DNA of 45,928 nt, from positions 1 through 45,928 of the forward strand of contig CALRHD010000006.1 of NCBI GenBank assembly GCA_943359325.1, written 5' to 3'. The number at the start of each line of letters is the position of its first letter. Position 1 is the first letter of the stretch. Source of the DNA: Candidatus Uhrbacteria bacterium (GTDB lineage: Bacteria > Patescibacteriota > Patescibacteriia > UBA9934). The notes beneath the pieces were generated by a model. It saw only the letters and a list, made by a program, of their open reading frames with translations, ran no database searches and was not told where the DNA came from. Shown piece by piece: positions 9,171-18,398 of the stretch. The position numbers and the translations under genes were made by a program.

Positions 9171-10760
9171 ATGTTTGCAAAACAGTTTTTCGGAAAAATA
9201 TCGTGGGTCGTCATTTTGGTCGTGGCAGCGATGCATGCCATCGCTATTCCGTTACAGCACGCACAAACTCCATCGCTTATCGCGCTCATGCTCATGGGCA
9301 TTCTGGTCGCAGTTATTTCGTGGCGATCATTGTCGACAGGGTTGCTTATTGCGTTTGCCGAAATCATGGTCGGCGGGCACGGACATCTTATCGACGCGAG
9401 TGTCGGAGGTTTTGCGGTGTCGCTTCGTATTGTCATTTTTGCAGCGGTCATGTTCGCATGGCTTATTTTATTGTTACAGCGTCGTGTTACGCCGAAATTT
9501 TTTCCTTATCGCGACATTCCGTTCCTCATGCTCGGCACGGCGGTTGTTATTGCGACAGCGACAGGCGTTCTCCATAACACACCTGGCAACATGTTCGACG
9601 ACATGAATGGTTACCTCACTATTCTGTACATTCTGCCCATGGTGAGCGTTCTATGGGACCAGAATTTTAAACGCCAATTGCTTCATGTTTTATGCGGAAG
9701 TGCCGCGTGGATTGCGGTGTCGACACTTCTTGCTGTTTTTCTTTTTACACATCTTCCCGGCCTTGCGCTTCATGATGTGTATCGGTTTGTTCGTGACGCA
9801 CGTTTGGCAGAAGTGACGCTGCTTACCACCCCGTCGTGGTTCGTTGGTCATCTGTTGTCGACAGATGCGCCATGGTATTTCCGCGTTTTTGCTCCTGGGC
9901 AGTTTTTTACTTTGGCGACGGCGCTACTTCTTGGTGCGGCACGTTTCGTGCTGTGGCGTGACGGAAAAATGCCCATTGGCGCTCGCATACTGTTCAGTTT
10001 GTGTGCTGCAACATTCATCGCGAGTCTTTCTCGCAGTTTCTTTCTCGGTGCATTCGTGGGCGGCACGGTGATGTTTGTAACCGTGATCGCTAACATACCA
10101 CGTCCACTCATGCGCAACGTCCGACACATCACCTCGCTTACGCTACTGACATTTTTTGGTATAGGATTATTTTGGGGTGTGATTGCGTTTCCTTGGCCGC
10201 ATCACCCCGATTTACGTGACGCAGCGTTCTACCAAGAAGAGAGCGGCGATGCACGCGGCATGGCAGTTTCGAGTCGATGGAATTTACTGTATCCGATGTG
10301 GGAAGCAATTATTGCACATCCGATTGTCGGCAACGGCTTTGGCACGGAGGTGACATTTATTTCCGACGACCCGCGGGTTCGCGAAATCACTCCCACGGGC
10401 GAATGGACGACGTATCGATTCGAGTGGGGCTATCAAGACATCTGGCTTAAAATGGGGTTGCTTGGACTCGCGGCATTTATTGCGTACGCGATTGTGTTGA
10501 CACAAGCATTTCGGTTTACTGTTCGCACGCAGGGTAATCGATGGATTGCTATTGGACTCTACTCGGGCGCAGTTGCACTCTTCGCGGCACACGCATTCTC
10601 ACCGTACCTCAATCATCCTATCGGGCTCGGTTTCATGTTATTTATTCTTCCGTTCTTTGATTGGAAGGGAACACTCTCCGCAATTGAAGTAAAGGATCGT
10701 CAGCGCGTTCATGTTTCGCTGGCCATGCCACGACCTATTGCAGCCATGCACAAAGACTAG
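9171..10760 (+). CDS. O-antigen ligase/polymerase-like membrane protein
   Basis: Multi-TM protein; SLSRSFFLG, SRWNL, HPIVGNGFG and KMGLLGL motifs of the Wzy_C-type region; glycan operon context. Confidence 0.7.
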   Translation: MFAKQFFGKISWVVILVVAAMHAIAIPLQHAQTPSLIALMLMGILVAVISWRSLSTGLLIAFAEIMVGGHGHLIDASVGGFAVSLRIVIFAAVMFAWLILLLQRRVTPKFFPYRDIPFLMLGTAVVIATATGVLHNTPGNMFDDMNGYLTILYILPMVSVLWDQNFKRQLLHVLCGSAAWIAVSTLLAVFLFTHLPGLALHDVYRFVRDARLAEVTLLTTPSWFVGHLLSTDAPWYFRVFAPGQFFTLATALLLGAARFVLWRDGKMPIGARILFSLCAATFIASLSRSFFLGAFVGGTVMFVTVIANIPRPLMRNVRHITSLTLLTFFGIGLFWGVIAFPWPHHPDLRDAAFYQEESGDARGMAVSSRWNLLYPMWEAIIAHPIVGNGFGTEVTFISDDPRVREITPTGEWTTYRFEWGYQDIWLKMGLLGLAAFIAYAIVLTQAFRFTVRTQGNRWIAIGLYSGAVALFAAHAFSPYLNHPIGLGFMLFILPFFDWKGTLSAIEVKDRQRVHVSLAMPRPIAAMHKD

Positions 10761-10783
10761 TGGCGTGATACAATTATGCGCGT

Positions 10784-12535
10784 ATGTCTTCTGCGGCAAC
10801 GCTGCGTGTATTTTGGCGTCATGCAATTCGTTATAAATGGACGATGGCGTTGTTGACGTTTGCAATTGTTGCGCTCAACATCGTCGAACTTTTTCTTCCT
10901 GTTTTTTATAAACGACTTGTTGATGTTGCGACAACCTTGCCGCTCGGCACCGCGCTTCGTGATGCACTTATCGCTGTGCTCCTCAGCATTGCTGCGCTGA
11001 ATATTGCGCGCTGGGCGATGTTTCGCATTGCCGCATTCACGAACAATCGTTTTCAACCTCGGGTCATGATCGACCTCGAGCGTTCGGCATTTTCGTACCT
11101 TCTTGGTCATTCCTATCGCTTTTTTAGTAATGCGTTCGCTGGAGCGCTCGTTCGAAAAGTCCATCGCCTTTCACGTGGTTTTGAAATGTTCGCCGACCAA
11201 ATCTTTTGGCGTTTTCTCAATGTCATTACGTTGACAACAGGCATGCTTGTCTTGTTTGCAATTCGTGCGCCAATACTTGCGGTTGTGCTCGCGGTATGGG
11301 TCGCGCTCTTCGTGACGGTCAACGTTATCTATTCTCGCTGGAAAATGCGCTATGACACACAGCGTGCCGCGCTCGATTCTGAAGCAACGGCGGTGTTGTC
11401 CGACGCAATTGCAAACGCCGCAACAATCCAGCAGTTTAACGGTACGCGGTTCGAGGAGGGCACGTTTCACGGCATCACCGAGCGTTTGCGTCGCATTTAC
11501 ACGTTTACATGGAACCTGGGTGAAATGAATGACGCAATTCAATTTGCGTTCATGGTGTTGCTCGAAATTGTTGCAATGTATATCGTCATCAACGGCTATG
11601 CGGCAGGCGTGTTGACGATTGGCGACTTCATTCTCATTCACGTTGCACTCGCGCAGTTGTTCGATAGGCTGTGGGACTTTGGCCGTGTGATACGTCACGT
11701 CTACGAATCGATTGCCGACGCGCAGGAGATGGTCGATATTTTCGAGATGCCGTATGAATTGGTCGACGCGCCACATGCACAAGCGCTTGCGGTGCATTCG
11801 GGTGCAATTAATTTCAATGCCGTATCGTTTGGCTACACTGCGCAACACGAAATTCTCCGCGACTTTACACTGTCGGTTGCTGCACACGAAAAAATTGCAT
11901 TCATCGGGCCGTCGGGTGCAGGGAAGTCGACGATTATTAAGGTGCTATTGCGTTTGTTTGACGTTACAGACGGTTCGATTGAAATCGACGGGCAAAATAT
12001 TGCAATGGTAACACAAGAAAGTTTGCGTGACGCCATCGCGCTTGTGCCGCAGGACCCGGCGCTGTTCCACCGTTCGCTCATGGAAAACATTCGTTACGGC
12101 AGGCGCGACGCGTCGAACGCCGAGGTGATTGAAGCGGCAAAGCAAGCGCATTGTGATGAGTTTATTTCTCACCTTCCAAATGGCTACGACACAATGGTTG
12201 GAGAGCGCGGCATAAAACTTTCGGGCGGCGAGCGTCAACGTGTTGCCATCGCGCGAGCAATTTTAAAAAATGCACCAATCCTTGTGCTCGACGAAGCAAC
12301 GTCGAGTCTCGACAGCGAAAGCGAGTCACTGATTCAGTCGGCATTGAAGGTGCTTATGGTTGGCAAAACCGTTGTTGTTATCGCACATCGTTTGTCGACG
12401 ATTATGCTGATGGACCGTATTGTCGTTATTGAACAGGGTGGTGTTGCAGACATGGGAACGCACGAAGAATTGCTCAAACGAAAAGGAACGTATGCAAAAC
12501 TCTGGAATATTCAGGCGGGTGGGTTTTTACGATAA
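10784..12535 (+). CDS. ABC exporter, fused permease/ATPase
   Basis: GPSGAGKS, LSGGERQR, ILVLDEATS, IAHRLST; N-terminal TM domain. Confidence 0.93.
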   Translation: MSSAATLRVFWRHAIRYKWTMALLTFAIVALNIVELFLPVFYKRLVDVATTLPLGTALRDALIAVLLSIAALNIARWAMFRIAAFTNNRFQPRVMIDLERSAFSYLLGHSYRFFSNAFAGALVRKVHRLSRGFEMFADQIFWRFLNVITLTTGMLVLFAIRAPILAVVLAVWVALFVTVNVIYSRWKMRYDTQRAALDSEATAVLSDAIANAATIQQFNGTRFEEGTFHGITERLRRIYTFTWNLGEMNDAIQFAFMVLLEIVAMYIVINGYAAGVLTIGDFILIHVALAQLFDRLWDFGRVIRHVYESIADAQEMVDIFEMPYELVDAPHAQALAVHSGAINFNAVSFGYTAQHEILRDFTLSVAAHEKIAFIGPSGAGKSTIIKVLLRLFDVTDGSIEIDGQNIAMVTQESLRDAIALVPQDPALFHRSLMENIRYGRRDASNAEVIEAAKQAHCDEFISHLPNGYDTMVGERGIKLSGGERQRVAIARAILKNAPILVLDEATSSLDSESESLIQSALKVLMVGKTVVVIAHRLSTIMLMDRIVVIEQGGVADMGTHEELLKRKGTYAKLWNIQAGGFLR

Positions 12536-13462
12536 TGTTGCGCCGTCAATGTCCATATGACCCTGTAAAAATGCGTTCGCTGACATACGTTTGCCACCAG
12601 CGGGCTGGAGCTCGAGGATTTCGAGCGCGGTGGTTGCGGTGCCAATCATGATTCGATCGGTGAGCATTTGTACGACGCCGGGATCGAGGTGTTCGGTATC
12701 GATGCGTGCAGAAAGAATCTTTAGCGTCAGTTCTTTTCCATCATGCTTCCAGACAGCGAACGTGCCAGGCCACGGCGTGTACGCGCGGATTTTTGCGTCG
12801 ATAGCCTCAGCAGATTGCGACCAGTCAATGTGACCGTCCTCGCGTGAGAGCATCTTGCAAAATGTTGCATCGGGGTGATTTTGTTCTTGCGGCGTGACTG
12901 TTCCCGCAAAGAATCTTTTGAGTGTATTGATGAGCAGCGGCACGCCGTGCACAACGACTTTTTGTGTGAGCGACGCTGATGTTTCATTGGGAGCGATCGA
13001 GAACGACGTTTGCGCAAGGATTGGCCCGTGATCCATATCTGCATCGATCTGCATAATCGTGACCCCTGTTTCTTTTTCTCCGTTCACAATCGCGGAAATA
13101 ATGGGCGAGGGGCCACGGAGTTTTGGAAGGAGCGACGGGTGGACATTTACACAACCGAGTTTTGGAATATCAAGAATAGCTTGCGGGATAATGCGACCGT
13201 AGGCAATGACGACAAAAAGGTCTGCGTTGAGATTTATGAGCGCGTCGAAAAACGTGGCATCTTTTAATTTTGTAGGTTGAAAAACGGGGACGTTGTGTTC
13301 GCCTGCAACAGCTTTCGTTGGCGGAGGTGTGAGGACTTTTTTGCGACCTTGCAGTTCGTCTGTTTGCGTCACGACGCCGACAACATCAATCTCCGCATCG
13401 GCAATGAGTGCGCGAAGAAAATCAGCGGAGAATTCGGGCGTGCCAAAGTACACTATTTTCAT
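12527..13462 (-). CDS. fmt: Methionyl-tRNA formyltransferase
   Basis: YFGTPEF, NVHPSLLPKLRG.SPI, MDHGPI, RAYTPWPG. Confidence 0.96.
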   Translation of the reverse strand: MKIVYFGTPEFSADFLRALIADAEIDVVGVVTQTDELQGRKKVLTPPPTKAVAGEHNVPVFQPTKLKDATFFDALINLNADLFVVIAYGRIIPQAILDIPKLGCVNVHPSLLPKLRGPSPIISAIVNGEKETGVTIMQIDADMDHGPILAQTSFSIAPNETSASLTQKVVVHGVPLLINTLKRFFAGTVTPQEQNHPDATFCKMLSREDGHIDWSQSAEAIDAKIRAYTPWPGTFAVWKHDGKELTLKILSARIDTEHLDPGVVQMLTDRIMIGTATTALEILELQPAGGKRMSANAFLQGHMDIDGATLS

Positions 13463-13938
13463 AGTCTCGATCGAACGTCTTTCGTGAGTTTTGTCGCCTT
13501 GTCGATGAACAGAATACCGTCGAGATGATCAATTTCATGCTGGAAGATAATTGCAGTTAATCCGTTCGCTTTGACCTCGACGTCTTCACCGAGGCGATTT
13601 TTTGCTTTTACTTTGACACTCGAATGACGCTTTACGATACCCGAAACTCCCGGAACAGAGAGGCAGCCCTCCATGCTGTCGACGATACGCACGGAGCGAG
13701 ATGTGATTTCAGGGTTAATGTATGCATGGACGCCCGATGGCGTTTCAATAATGATAATCCGTTCGCTCGCACCAACTTGCGGCGCAGCGATACCGACGCC
13801 GTTTTCTTCGACCATAGTGAGTGCAAGGGCGTCGATGAGTTCCTGCGTTTTCGCATCGACGATTGCGAAGTCTAAAACAGGCGCAGCAACTTTGCGCAGT
13901 TCAGGACTTGGTTCGTGGAGGACGTGGAGTGGTGTCAT
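13459..13938 (-). CDS. def: Peptide deformylase
   Basis: GVGIAAPQ, EGCLS, QHEIDHLDGILF. Confidence 0.97.
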   Translation of the reverse strand: MTPLHVLHEPSPELRKVAAPVLDFAIVDAKTQELIDALALTMVEENGVGIAAPQVGASERIIIIETPSGVHAYINPEITSRSVRIVDSMEGCLSVPGVSGIVKRHSSVKVKAKNRLGEDVEVKANGLTAIIFQHEIDHLDGILFIDKATKLTKDVRSRL

Positions 13939-15691
13939 AGGTTTGGTCTATTGCAATGACGGCAGTGTCGGGGAGAGTAAAAAGAGGAACGAGGGAGCAA
14001 ATCTCAGACGGTGCGATACGAGCCTCTACAGTATCGTCTGTCGTTGGGGCGAAATAGGCGCCAGTTATTTGGCTGAGGGCGTCTGCATCGGCGTGGCGAA
14101 TGGTGATTCGTGCACGGTGTGGCGGCAGGCCGTAGCGTTCACGCAGTGCAGATTCTTTTTTGAGGAATGTTTCCGCATCACACATTTCTCGTACATCGTC
14201 CGCAAGCCATGTTTGTACGATGCACATGGCGTTCTGTTGCGTGGCAAATGCCACGAGTCGATGAAGATTGCGCGCAGTGTCTTCGTTGCTACGAAAATTT
14301 TCAGGGTGCATGGAAAGGTCGATAGCAAGGTCGGCGACAAGTCCAAATGTTTTTTGTGCAAATGGTACGACAATGCGTGAGAAGAAGAATTCTGTAACAA
14401 GCTGTATGCGTGCGTCGGTTTTTGATGAACCTTTTTCTACCCGTGCAATAGTGATACCGGGAAAGAGTTTTGTGAGTGACGCCTCAACGTGGGCGTTGCC
14501 AATTCCGCGCAGGGCAACGATGCCGTCGTTGCATGTGGGGCATGCTTCGGGCATATCACGTTTTTTGCTGCATCTTCCGCATGCCAAGCCCTCGGCATCA
14601 CCGCCATACACTCCGCCGCAGTCGCAACAGAGAATTGCGTCGCATTTCCGACATTGCGCTCGTTTTGCAATGCCTTTACGGTTGTAAAAAAGTAGCACGT
14701 TTTTTTGGCTCTGTAAAGCATTTTTGATCGCCTCAATGAGGGGCAGCGAGAGGAGCGGGGAATCGCTGTGCGTGTCTCTTGCGCGAAGGTCGATGATAGT
14801 TGGCGTTGGTGTTTGTGCAGAAAAAATCGTTGTCGGCATTGCAACAAATTCCTCGGGACGGGGCAGGACATCGCATGCGACAAAATGTACGGCGTGTTGC
14901 TCGGCTTGCAACCACGCAGTATTCCGTGTGTCCAGCCGCGGATTGCGGCGATCGTTAAAGTGGTCACGCGCTCCAGACGACAGTACGACAACTGCACCGA
15001 TTTTTTTCGCGGGAATGAGCGATGCCTGTCGTGTGCCAATGAGCGTGCGGATCGTTCCGTTTTTCCATGCGCGAATAATGCGTTCTCGTTGGCGTGGTGA
15101 TGTTTTGCCATGGAGCACGGTTGTCGCGTCGTCAAAACGAATCGTTCGACTCAAGACATCGGCATCACGTTCACGTGGGACGAGAATGAGGAGTTGATCG
15201 TTAATGCGCTTGCGTAAAAGTTGTGCAATACCTATAGCACCCTCGCCGGAAATTTGCACCGCAATGTTTGTATGATGCGTATTGATATCATCGAGTACAC
15301 GTTTCACGGTTTCCGCAACGTCACGATTGAGCGATATGCTTTCTGCTGCACCGTGCACCATTGCAGGCAATGAAATATCGCCGTGGAGTGTGCCAAAGAG
15401 ATGAAAGAACAGTGTCGACGGCGACTGCACAATGCTTGCTGCGATATGCTCGACGCGTGAAATGTCGCTTTCAGATAGTGCTCCACGCCAGTCGATTGTT
15501 TCAATGACACTTATTTTCCCACGAACATCTGTTGCTTCCGAAAGTGCACCCACAACGCCACGAACGTTGCGACCGTGAAATGGCATGCGTACAACGTCAC
15601 CAATTGCAGGTATCATGTCGCTCGGAATTTCGTAATCAAAAAAACCGAATCTCCTCGGGAGTCGGATAATGGGGTAGACACGAGCGAACAT
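13901..15691 (-). CDS. priA: Primosomal protein N' (PriA), helicase motifs degenerate
   Basis: FDY..IGD.V.MPF N-terminal domain, LLFYNRKG, four CxxC pairs, R..YGLPP; priA-def-fmt synteny. Confidence 0.8.
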   Translation of the reverse strand: MFARVYPIIRLPRRFGFFDYEIPSDMIPAIGDVVRMPFHGRNVRGVVGALSEATDVRGKISVIETIDWRGALSESDISRVEHIAASIVQSPSTLFFHLFGTLHGDISLPAMVHGAAESISLNRDVAETVKRVLDDINTHHTNIAVQISGEGAIGIAQLLRKRINDQLLILVPRERDADVLSRTIRFDDATTVLHGKTSPRQRERIIRAWKNGTIRTLIGTRQASLIPAKKIGAVVVLSSGARDHFNDRRNPRLDTRNTAWLQAEQHAVHFVACDVLPRPEEFVAMPTTIFSAQTPTPTIIDLRARDTHSDSPLLSLPLIEAIKNALQSQKNVLLFYNRKGIAKRAQCRKCDAILCCDCGGVYGGDAEGLACGRCSKKRDMPEACPTCNDGIVALRGIGNAHVEASLTKLFPGITIARVEKGSSKTDARIQLVTEFFFSRIVVPFAQKTFGLVADLAIDLSMHPENFRSNEDTARNLHRLVAFATQQNAMCIVQTWLADDVREMCDAETFLKKESALRERYGLPPHRARITIRHADADALSQITGAYFAPTTDDTVEARIAPSEICSLVPLFTLPDTAVIAIDQTYDTTPRPPRTKS

Positions 15692-15699
15692 GAGTAGTG

Positions 15700-16488
15700 C
15701 TAAAGGGAAAAATGGACAACAAGATAGCCGACACCAAACGGCGCCTCGTCACTCATGACTGTTGCGGTGGTGTGCATACCGTCGAGCGCGCCAAGGAGCA
15801 TGAGGAGTTTTTTATATGACGATTCTTGGGCGGCGGCAACAAGATCTTCATCGAGCTGCAGAAGGCCGACGGCGTTGTTGTGCTCGAGCAGCGTGCGTAG
15901 TGCTTCGTCATATTTTTCGCCCGCTTCATGGTAGCCTCCTGGAGCGAAGTCGGTAAGTGTTTGCGACGTGTCGCCCGCAGAAATAACAGCGATGCGTTTT
16001 TCGCTTGCGACAAGCGTATGTTTGAGCGCTTGGCCAAAAGTGAAGTGCGCTTTTGGTGACAACATGGATGGCGCGATGGGAACAATGCGAACGGCAGGAA
16101 GGTGCGTGGTGAGAAAATGGAGAGGAACAGTCGCTGCAAAGTGTAGACTCGGATCGGTCGAGAGTGTGATAGGCTCATTTGCGGCACGAAGGTCACGTTG
16201 CAAACGATCGATAACCGAGAAGTCGGGGTGATATGTTTTTTTGTAGCCAAGATCGCCGACATCCTGCATGGAACATGTGTACGGGTCGGCAACAGAAATG
16301 GAAAATGCGTTGTCGAACATTGTGGGGTGGTCGGAGATGAGTACGATGGCGTCAGGTTTTGTTGCAGCAAGTTCCTCAGCAAGCTCACTGAGTGCATCAA
16401 CTGTTTTTTTGACTGCGCCAATTCTATCGCCGCTGATAGACGGAATCAGTAGTGGGGAATGAGGGACGTGTGCGGCGAATGTAATCAT
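15700..16488 (-). CDS. Memo/LigB-like (AmmeMemoRadiSam protein B-like) protein
   Basis: HVPHSPLLIP, ISDH, VISAGDTS, EAPFGVGY. Confidence 0.75.
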   Translation of the reverse strand: MITFAAHVPHSPLLIPSISGDRIGAVKKTVDALSELAEELAATKPDAIVLISDHPTMFDNAFSISVADPYTCSMQDVGDLGYKKTYHPDFSVIDRLQRDLRAANEPITLSTDPSLHFAATVPLHFLTTHLPAVRIVPIAPSMLSPKAHFTFGQALKHTLVASEKRIAVISAGDTSQTLTDFAPGGYHEAGEKYDEALRTLLEHNNAVGLLQLDEDLVAAAQESSYKKLLMLLGALDGMHTTATVMSDEAPFGVGYLVVHFSL

Positions 16489-16499
16489 AATGAGATGGC

Positions 16500-17867
16500 T
16501 CACTCCGCGCCCTGTGCAATTGCATCGCCAAGAGGGTGAAGGTTAATGACGACATCACTCACAGTGACAATGTTGCCCCACGACCAACCGTAGGCAAGGA
16601 AGGTTTGCTCGCTATCTATAGCGCGACGCATGCCGTCGGAAATAACGTATACCGTCGGCTCCGTTATAGACTTTACGAGATAACCGTCGGGAAGTTTAAC
16701 GGGCTTTCCTTCCTTGTACTGTTCTATGACGATAGATGCAACGGTCTTTTTGCTCATGCCAGAAAAGTTTGCGTCAAGAATCGTTTTGTCAAAAATAGGT
16801 TGACGGACGCCGTCGCGAACATAAAACACCGCGCCGTTGTTCGCGAGCTGCAAGAGTGTGCCCTGTGGGAAGATTGTTGCGGCGGTAATCGGTGTACCTG
16901 TTTCGTATGCGGTAATGTCGCTGCTTGTTACGCGGGTAATTTCGTCCTCGTTGAATCCTATTGCACGGAATGTCGTCATGCTATCGATTTTACGGAGTGC
17001 GTCGTCGACGAGAAGATAAATATTTCCATTGTCGTCCTTCAGCAGGGAATAGTTGGGGAAACTAATTGGACTACCGTCGGGGTAGTTTTCGAGCGTTGCC
17101 GCACTGACGGGCAGAATGAGGCTCGGGTTAAAACGAGAGAGCAGCGCGCTCTTGCTTGTGATCGCACGTTTATATCCATACTGAATGAGGTAGACACCGT
17201 CCTGTCCCACAGCTTGCAAAAGGGAACCCGACGGATATTCCGCCCCAAACCATCGATCCCAAATGTTCACGAAGTTCAGGTTGCCGTGAATGTGTGGCGT
17301 ATATGCATACATCGCAGCAGTCGCGGCGTTTTCGGGAGTGACGATGGTACTGTCGATGAGAACGGGAACGTCGGGGCCATACTTTCCCTGTGTCGTACCG
17401 CTGTCTTCGATGTCCGCAAGATAGCCTTCACTAAATTGGAGTGCGGCACTATTTATTTGTTTTCCAAAACCCTTCCAACGTTGAATTGATGCGTCATCTT
17501 TACTGCAATCATCACAGACCGCGTACCCTGTTGCCCAGTCCAGTTGACGGTCGGTTGGAGCGTCATCTTCTACAAGACTTTGTTCCTTTTGAAGAAGTAC
17601 GAGCAAAAATTTCGGACTGATTTTATTCAGTTGTGCTGCTCGCCATATAATATCGGTTGCGTAGCGTTTCACGCCTTCAAAGTCGAGCGTTTTATATGTA
17701 CCGAGAAAACCACGATCGAGATATGTTTGGATTTGATTACGGTCGAGCGCAAATGGGTTTTGCATGTCGTCGTCGGAAATGATGTAGTCTGGGTCGAACG
17801 CGAACGCATTTATAGGAAACACACCCACGATGCCACAAAAAACCAGCGTTGCAAGGATACGCTTCAT
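16500..17867 (-). CDS. Secreted protein with a possible lysozyme-like N-terminal domain and four C-terminal repeats of about 60 aa
   Basis: Signal peptide MKRIL..AFA; ISPKFLLVLLQKEQSL; ATAAMYAYTPH; repeats P.G.L.....VY.I..G..R.I. Confidence 0.6.
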   Translation of the reverse strand: MKRILATLVFCGIVGVFPINAFAFDPDYIISDDDMQNPFALDRNQIQTYLDRGFLGTYKTLDFEGVKRYATDIIWRAAQLNKISPKFLLVLLQKEQSLVEDDAPTDRQLDWATGYAVCDDCSKDDASIQRWKGFGKQINSAALQFSEGYLADIEDSGTTQGKYGPDVPVLIDSTIVTPENAATAAMYAYTPHIHGNLNFVNIWDRWFGAEYPSGSLLQAVGQDGVYLIQYGYKRAITSKSALLSRFNPSLILPVSAATLENYPDGSPISFPNYSLLKDDNGNIYLLVDDALRKIDSMTTFRAIGFNEDEITRVTSSDITAYETGTPITAATIFPQGTLLQLANNGAVFYVRDGVRQPIFDKTILDANFSGMSKKTVASIVIEQYKEGKPVKLPDGYLVKSITEPTVYVISDGMRRAIDSEQTFLAYGWSWGNIVTVSDVVINLHPLGDAIAQGAE

Positions 17868-17885
17868 AGGGTTATAGTATAGCAT
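17868..17885. promoter_or_regulatory. Overlapping divergent -10 elements (leaderless)
   Basis: TATAGT on + (17873-17878) and TGnTATACT on - (17876-17881), each 7-8 nt from an ATG. Confidence 0.55.
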
Positions 17886-18398
17886 ATGCAAATTTCTATA
17901 GGGTCAAAGGCTCCAGAAGTGTGTCAGGCTATTATCGAAGTGCCTCGGGGCAGTCAAAATAAGTACGAGTTCGATAAAGAGCAGGGCATCGTAAAACTCG
18001 ATCGCGTGTTGTTTGCGCCAATGTTCTACCCTTGTGACTACGGATTTTTTCCGGAGACGCTTGGCGGTGACGGCGACCCACTTGATGTGCTCGTCATGGT
18101 GAGCAATCCACTTTTCCCCGGTGTTGCCGTTGACGTACGGCCGATCGGCGTTCTTGTGATGAGCGACGACAAAGGGCAAGACGAAAAAATTCTTGCTGTT
18201 GCAAAAGACGACATTCGTTTTAGTCACATAAAGGACTTATCAGACATCCCCGAGCATACAAAAAATGAAATCGCATTTTTCTTCGAAACGTATAAGGTGC
18301 TCGAAAAGAAAATGACGAAAATCGACGGCTGGAAGGACGCCGCAGCCGCAAAGGAAATTATTGTCGCAGGCATGGCGAATTTTACACCCCAACCGTAG
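17886..18398 (+). CDS. ppa: Inorganic pyrophosphatase (family I)
   Basis: IIEVPRGSQNKYE, YPCDYG, DGDPLDVLV, DEKILAV, FFETYK.LE. Confidence 0.96.
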   Translation: MQISIGSKAPEVCQAIIEVPRGSQNKYEFDKEQGIVKLDRVLFAPMFYPCDYGFFPETLGGDGDPLDVLVMVSNPLFPGVAVDVRPIGVLVMSDDKGQDEKILAVAKDDIRFSHIKDLSDIPEHTKNEIAFFFETYKVLEKKMTKIDGWKDAAAAKEIIVAGMANFTPQP

